Positions 58,328-64,000 of a DNA stretch of 64,000 bases are shown here, one piece after another (the first letter of the stretch is position 1; each line of letters opens with the position of its first letter). Location: IMG/VR virus record IMGVR_UViG_3300012979_000043, positions 5,615-69,614 of that record; one strand, given 5' to 3'. Position numbers and translations under genes: made by a program. Origin of the DNA: a virus. Lineage: Duplodnaviria; Caudoviricetes. The notes beneath the pieces are model-generated. The model worked only from the letters and a program-made list of their open reading frames with translations, ran no database searches and was not told the DNA's origin.

Positions 58328-60589
58328 TTACTTCTCAACTTTTATTGAATTTGGATCAACCAATGTTATTTCATTTGTCATTTTATCTTTAACAAAGTAA
58401 TTACCTGATTGTTCATCTTTATTTACAATCTCTTGGTTGTTAATTATTTCCATTGAATCATCATCAACCACTGATATTTCTTTCTTTGAATTCATTATAT
58501 CTAACAACTCTTTATTTCTTTCTGAATCTTCTAAAGATGTTGGTTCTTTTTGTTCAGAATTTGGTTGGATTTTTGGATTTAATGGATTTGACATAACATC
58601 TTCCATTAATATATCCATCTCATAACATGAATATCCTTCTAATAATTTGTATGAAATATCTTCATCATACAAAATTTCATCAACAGTTTCAATCATAACA
58701 TCTTTGTCAAATGTTTTAACAAGTGCATTATCAACACTTAAATAATACTTTCCTTCATTAAAAAAATATCTTAATTGTTTTCCATTAATTTTAGATGAAC
58801 ATTCCATATCATTTAAAATGCTTTCTTTAAACAATTTGGAATCAAATGTTTCTTTTACTTTTTTCTTATTTCTTTTAATTGTTTTTCCAATTGGTTTAGA
58901 AAACCCACTAACATTAGAAACACAAGTTGCACCAGCAGAACATGTTTCATCTAATTGTTCATTTAATTCATAGTCACTGATAATTTTTTTCATTTCATTA
59001 TCAATAGGATCAACCTTTACATATGTTTCAGTTTTTTTTGTTTCTGGATTATAAACAGAGACATTATAATATTTAACTCCCCTATTAGAGATTACATCAA
59101 TTACTTTCCCTTGTAATTTTTTATCACCCCACATGAATCTAGTAGTGTCTCCTACTTCAAATTCAGGTTCATCATAATCATAATTAACAGATTCATCAAA
59201 TTCTTCGCCAGTTGTTTCAGGTTCTTCATCTTTGTTATCTTCTTCTTGAAAAATATATTTTAAAACCTTTCTTAATTCATCAATATTTTCAATTTCTATA
59301 TCGAATGTTGATGAACTAATACCACCAGATAATTCATCTAAATAATTATAGATATATTCAATAACAAATGTTGATTCAAATAATGCATCTGTAATATCTC
59401 TATCACTAAAATCATCAATTGTATCACCTTCTCCAAGAATAAAACAATCTTTTAATTCATCGATGGTCATGGATATAGTTGTTGAACCTTCTGTTGGTAA
59501 TGAAGGATCATATTCATCATAATCCCACTCAATTGTGTCAATTTCAACATTAACATCAAATTTAAAATTACTATTATTATCAAATGATTCCATTACAGAT
59601 TTTACATTTTTTACAGATACAATTTTTGTTTCTGCTTTTTGTTTTAATTCACTTAATTTATTTGTTTGTTCAATATCTGTTGACAATGTTATTTTTGCAT
59701 CAATACTATCAATTAACCCTTTAAGAATATCTGGGTTTGTTGTATTATTAACAACCTTTTCTGTTGTAGAAATAAATTGTGTTATTTCAGGGTCAGCAGA
59801 TGATTTTTGTATAGGTTCTTTAACTTCTGTTGTGTCATTTTTTACTTCTTCATCTTCTAATACTTCTTTCAATAATTTAAATTCTGAATCTAATGTGTTT
59901 TTATACACTGGATATACTTTATTAGAATATGAATCTTTTATATCATAATACTTACCGTTAACTTTATCTATAACATATGTATTTCCATTTTTCTTATACA
60001 TAAGTTTTTGACCAACCTTATACTCTGATTCATTTGAAGAATTTTCATTAAGAGAATCTTTAACTTCAACTGGATGGTAAATTGTTGTTCCTTCATAATT
60101 ATTTAACCATTTTGCTAATTTTAATGCTTTTTTATATCCTGATATAATTAAAGCATCATTTTTATCACCAACAATGTGTTTTTTATCTTTGGACAAATAT
60201 GCACCATTAGAATCCATTTCAATTCTATATTGTTTATTGTCTTTTTTAAACCAATCTTTGATACCTTCATTTATTTTTACACCATCTTTTGTTCTCTTTG
60301 GATATTTTTGTTTTTTAACTTCATACCAAGAATGGTCATAAACAGTTTCTTCTTTTAATTTTCTTTCAAATGGTTTCTTGGAAATATGTTCTCGTAATTT
60401 TTCATATGAACCATTGTATAAAGATTCTGTTAATTGAAATAAATTATCTCTAATTGTTTGTGGTTCTAATGTTTCATTCAACATTGACATAAAATTGATA
60501 TAATCATTGATTTCTAAATTCAATGATTCAACTAAATTATTTAATTCTTTTTCTGATGCAACATTTAATGCTTTAAAAATATTTTTCAT
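58328..60589 (-). CDS. large mosaic acidic head-type protein
   Basis: Many [LIV]xE motifs; LDET..AGAT..S.V motif; EPETTGEEFDE. Confidence 0.7.
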   Translation of the reverse strand: MKNIFKALNVASEKELNNLVESLNLEINDYINFMSMLNETLEPQTIRDNLFQLTESLYNGSYEKLREHISKKPFERKLKEETVYDHSWYEVKKQKYPKRTKDGVKINEGIKDWFKKDNKQYRIEMDSNGAYLSKDKKHIVGDKNDALIISGYKKALKLAKWLNNYEGTTIYHPVEVKDSLNENSSNESEYKVGQKLMYKKNGNTYVIDKVNGKYYDIKDSYSNKVYPVYKNTLDSEFKLLKEVLEDEEVKNDTTEVKEPIQKSSADPEITQFISTTEKVVNNTTNPDILKGLIDSIDAKITLSTDIEQTNKLSELKQKAETKIVSVKNVKSVMESFDNNSNFKFDVNVEIDTIEWDYDEYDPSLPTEGSTTISMTIDELKDCFILGEGDTIDDFSDRDITDALFESTFVIEYIYNYLDELSGGISSSTFDIEIENIDELRKVLKYIFQEEDNKDEEPETTGEEFDESVNYDYDEPEFEVGDTTRFMWGDKKLQGKVIDVISNRGVKYYNVSVYNPETKKTETYVKVDPIDNEMKKIISDYELNEQLDETCSAGATCVSNVSGFSKPIGKTIKRNKKKVKETFDSKLFKESILNDMECSSKINGKQLRYFFNEGKYYLSVDNALVKTFDKDVMIETVDEILYDEDISYKLLEGYSCYEMDILMEDVMSNPLNPKIQPNSEQKEPTSLEDSERNKELLDIMNSKKEISVVDDDSMEIINNQEIVNKDEQSGNYFVKDKMTNEITLVDPNSIKVEK

Positions 60590-60645
60590 ATCGTGATCCT
60601 ATAATTATAATATATAAATTATTTATTCATTAAAGAATATATAAG

Positions 60646-60673
60646 AAAAGAGAACCTAAAAAAGGTTCTCTTT
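60646..60673 (-). terminator. intrinsic terminator
   Basis: AAAGAGAACCT-ttttt-AGGTTCTCTTTT. Confidence 0.7.
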
Positions 60674-60703
60674 ATTTTTTATTTGAATAAATTATTCTAT
60701 AAA

Positions 60704-61102
60704 TTATTCAGCATCTTCAACTAATGCACCAATTGTTGAATCAACTGTAACTGAACTAAACAATTTTGTTGTTCCATCAACTGCTTTAGCATCACCAAAG
60801 ATTGCTGTAATATCAGCAATTGCATCATCTTCTAATGATTTAGCAGAAACTTGCATATGACCACGAGCACCATAAACCCATGTTTGTTCTAATGTGAAAG
60901 TAACTGTTGAACCAGCAACTTTTGTGATGATTGGTTGAGCACCATTAGAACGTAAGATTTCCAAAACTCTCAATAAGTCTCTTTGACCTTCTTCACCTTC
61001 TAATGAAACACCAGCTGTTAATGTATAAGTTTGAGCAGCACCATTTAAAGCAGTAAATGCTGCTGGAATTGTGAATAATTTATCACTTGCGTAATCTACC
61101 AT
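60704..61102 (-). CDS. probable abundant virion protein
   Basis: 132 aa, AGGAG SD, GCT/CGT-rich high-expression codon use, own terminator. Confidence 0.65.
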   Translation of the reverse strand: MVDYASDKLFTIPAAFTALNGAAQTYTLTAGVSLEGEEGQRDLLRVLEILRSNGAQPIITKVAGSTVTFTLEQTWVYGARGHMQVSAKSLEDDAIADITAIFGDAKAVDGTTKLFSSVTVDSTIGALVEDAE

Positions 61103-61205
61103 AGTTTTTCTCCTTAATTAATGTGATACAAAATATTTTGTATCTAATACTATTTATTATAGTAATATATTTTACTTTACAAAATATTTTGTATCAATAT
61201 TATTT

Positions 61206-62165
61206 TTATTGTTTTTTACTATTAATATATTCAATGATTTTTTCAATTCCTTCATCAAAGGATATCATATCATGTGTATTATATGAATTATAATGTGTAA
61301 AACCAATTTTTTTCAATTCAACTTGTCTACCATTTGAAAGCAAGGCAACTTTTAAATATTTTGTATCACCATATTTTCCATCATTGTGCATTTCATAGAA
61401 TGGATTTTTATATGTTATTATGATTTCTAAATCACCTTTATATATATTGCTAGATGAATCTTCTAATATCCAAATGTTATTCAATATTTTTATTTTTTGT
61501 GGTACAAATTTATTTCTATTGTTTATAAACTTAACCATATCTTCATTATTTTGAATATTTAATAATTTTGATTCAGAATATTTTATTAAACGCTGTGTTA
61601 AATTTGATTTCAAATCATTTATATAATTTATATATGCAATAGTACCATTTTGTGGTTTATATTCCATACCAAACCTTGATTCCTTTCTTCCTTTTTGTTT
61701 TTCTTCTTTTTTATCATCAACCTTAATTATTAAAACATCCCAATTTTTCTTTGCATTTGGATTACTATTTATAAATGATTCGACAGTTTTACTGATTTTG
61801 TTTCTAACAGCAACATCATTATGTGTGTTATATGTTGTAGAACCATTTAATTCTGATTGAACATATGGTAAATCAGCACCAATATCAGACCAATGCAACA
61901 TATAATCCCCACCAGATTGTTTTTTTATCATCAATAATTGTCTTTTATTACTTCTTATAATAATACTATAAATTGATGGGTCTTCTAATAAAACATCTGT
62001 TAGATATTTCCAAGTATGTTTTCTTACATTTGGATCATCACTCTTTAATTTATCAACATAAACTTCAGAATCAGGTGTTATTTTTGTTCGTGAATTGAAT
62101 AAAATAGTATTCAACAAACTTTTATGTATCTTGTTTAAATTTCCATAAGATTCAAATAATTCCAT
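61206..62165 (-). CDS. hypothetical protein
   Basis: 319 aa, MELFES leader. Confidence 0.65.
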   Translation of the reverse strand: MELFESYGNLNKIHKSLLNTILFNSRTKITPDSEVYVDKLKSDDPNVRKHTWKYLTDVLLEDPSIYSIIIRSNKRQLLMIKKQSGGDYMLHWSDIGADLPYVQSELNGSTTYNTHNDVAVRNKISKTVESFINSNPNAKKNWDVLIIKVDDKKEEKQKGRKESRFGMEYKPQNGTIAYINYINDLKSNLTQRLIKYSESKLLNIQNNEDMVKFINNRNKFVPQKIKILNNIWILEDSSSNIYKGDLEIIITYKNPFYEMHNDGKYGDTKYLKVALLSNGRQVELKKIGFTHYNSYNTHDMISFDEGIEKIIEYINSKKQ

Positions 62166-63685
62166 TATAATACTCCTAAAATATATTCTTCAATATCTTC
62201 ACCATATTTTTTCTTTAATTCATCAATAATACTTTGGTCTGGATTATTAATGTATTGAATATTATATGGATTTTTTCTTATCATCATTCTTTGAATTTTT
62301 GTTGGTATGTTTTTAAATCTTCCAATTATATGCAAACTTTTACCATTAACAATTTCTTTAAGCATATTAAATGATACAAGATTTTCATTTTTTAACATCA
62401 ATTCTATCATACTAGGATATGATAACCAATTTGATTTATAAATTGTTTCAAGTTGTTGTGGACTTGTTAATGTTAAATTTTTATAATTTTGACCAATAAT
62501 ATTAGATAAATTATTTCTGATACAAATATCAGTTACAAAAGCATCAAAGATGTTTGGTAAAATACTTCTTATATCATTATTCAAATGTTTATCATTAATT
62601 GCTCTCAATATAATTTCTTTATTTTTTGTTGGTATTTTATTCCATATTGCTTTCAATTCTTCCTGTGATTCTCTACTATAATTTCCAGAAACCAATATAT
62701 CAGTATTATAATCAAATAATTTTGATAATTTTGATGGTGATAATGACACCAATACACTTGGTTTTTTCAATATAATTTGTGTTACATTATCAATATTTTT
62801 CTTATTAATAATCTCAATTGGTGAAGAAAATTTACCAGATACATTTAATTTTCTCAACACTTCTGATTTTTTAAAACCATTGTATTCTTTTTCATCAACC
62901 AATTTACCAATTTTAAGAATTAATTTCCAAAGTTTTTTAATATATGATTTTATTAATGCAGCGTCTGAACCATCATTAATAAAATTTCTTGGACCACGCC
63001 ACTCTATTGTTCCTGCTTCTGGGTGGATTCTCATAATTAAATATTTTTCATTTGTTGATAAATTCAAACTCCAATCATCAAACGACCCATTTACTTTTAA
63101 TTTTTCAAACCAACTATCATTTGCATAAGAACCATAAAATTTAATTGGTTCTCCATCTTCAACTTCCATTTCAGATACTTCTTGTCTTAATTCACTATCA
63201 TTAGCAATACAGAATAATATCCATTTAACATCATTACGGGTTATATCTTTAAATGATATATGTGTATGAAAACCACAACTATCATTTGTTTTAACACCAA
63301 TATCTTTTAAAGATGATAAAAATTTATTAATTCTATTCATATTTGTTGGTGTGAAAGGTATAATTGGTGAACCATATTCAAAAGTCCAAGCATGACCAGT
63401 ACTATTGCAACCACGTGTATCTAATGATCCATCTCTTTCAATTTTTCCATCACCAAGACCCAATGATTTATTTAACATATCTAATAATGCTTTTGAACCA
63501 CCACTTGGTGAATCAGAACTGTGATAACCTGGTAAATAACCTCTATTTTCCAATTCTGGTATATCACTATCACAAACACCCTCCAATTCAAACCCAATTG
63601 AGAATTCTGTTGATAATTTTGCTTCTTCAAGCATTTCTTCTTCTTTTAGTATTTTATATGGATTTAAAATATCTAATACTTTCAT
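62165..63685 (-). CDS. amidoligase-2 (COOH-NH2 ligase) family protein
   Basis: IGFELEG, DGSL, FEY.SP, NDSCGFHTHIS, KY...., TIEWRGP; start moved to MKVLDIL. Confidence 0.82.
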   Translation of the reverse strand: MKVLDILNPYKILKEEEMLEEAKLSTEFSIGFELEGVCDSDIPELENRGYLPGYHSSDSPSGGSKALLDMLNKSLGLGDGKIERDGSLDTRGCNSTGHAWTFEYGSPIIPFTPTNMNRINKFLSSLKDIGVKTNDSCGFHTHISFKDITRNDVKWILFCIANDSELRQEVSEMEVEDGEPIKFYGSYANDSWFEKLKVNGSFDDWSLNLSTNEKYLIMRIHPEAGTIEWRGPRNFINDGSDAALIKSYIKKLWKLILKIGKLVDEKEYNGFKKSEVLRKLNVSGKFSSPIEIINKKNIDNVTQIILKKPSVLVSLSPSKLSKLFDYNTDILVSGNYSRESQEELKAIWNKIPTKNKEIILRAINDKHLNNDIRSILPNIFDAFVTDICIRNNLSNIIGQNYKNLTLTSPQQLETIYKSNWLSYPSMIELMLKNENLVSFNMLKEIVNGKSLHIIGRFKNIPTKIQRMMIRKNPYNIQYINNPDQSIIDELKKKYGEDIEEYILGVL

Positions 63686-63719
63686 TATAAACACCTTTAT
63701 ATAATAATTTACTATAATA

Positions 63720-63998
63720 TTATTTATTATTCCATACCCAAACCTTATTACCACAGTCATAGATTCTATAATAATCTCTGGTGTGCATTATATCTACTTC
63801 TGATTCACCATTAAATCCTTGTTCAAGTAACTTATGTTTCTGACATTGATATCGTGTCAATATATTATTGTGATTACACCACACATAGTTTGGTTCACTA
63901 ATTCCTTGTAAAGTCATTCCCAATGTCTTATATAAATTACCTCTTGTATGAGCAATATTACTATAAGATATGATTGAAACTGGTTTATAATTATTAAT
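63720..63998 (-). CDS. C-terminus of a homing-endonuclease-like protein (5' partial)
   Basis: Open from the window edge: IISYS.....GNLYKTLG....SEPNY.W...RIYDCGNKVW.W. Confidence 0.65.
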   Translation of the reverse strand: MNNYKPVSIISYSNIAHTRGNLYKTLGMTLQGISEPNYVWCNHNNILTRYQCQKHKLLEQGFNGESEVDIMHTRDYYRIYDCGNKVWVWNNK

Positions 63999-64000
63999 AA

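Overview
64 kb of a very AT-rich, T4-superfamily-like jumbo phage genome, read in the standard genetic code. Left arm: gp32-like SSB, UvsX, UvsY, bS21, ACP, dUTPase, a DnaE fragment, a GroES-like protein, tail/receptor-binding proteins, a GH108 lysozyme and an ArfA-like peptide. Right arm: class II GATase, ThyX, C5 methyltransferase, helicase, primase, neck protein, acidic head-type proteins, GreA and an amidoligase. The centre (about 26.2-42.4 kb, all minus strand) is an RNA island. It has 24 intact tRNAs covering all 20 amino acids, three of them split by ORF-less group I introns. It also has five free-standing nucleases, a Ro60/TROVE gene with a circularly permuted tRNA-like Y RNA upstream, several tRNA mimics and unassigned structured RNAs. 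Six HDV-like (theta-type) self-cleaving ribozymes are dispersed through it. Only one ribozyme sits at a tRNA 3' end; the others cut transcript leaders or punctuate a polycistronic ncRNA cassette. All RNA folds and protein assignments were made by eye and need covariance-model/HMM confirmation.
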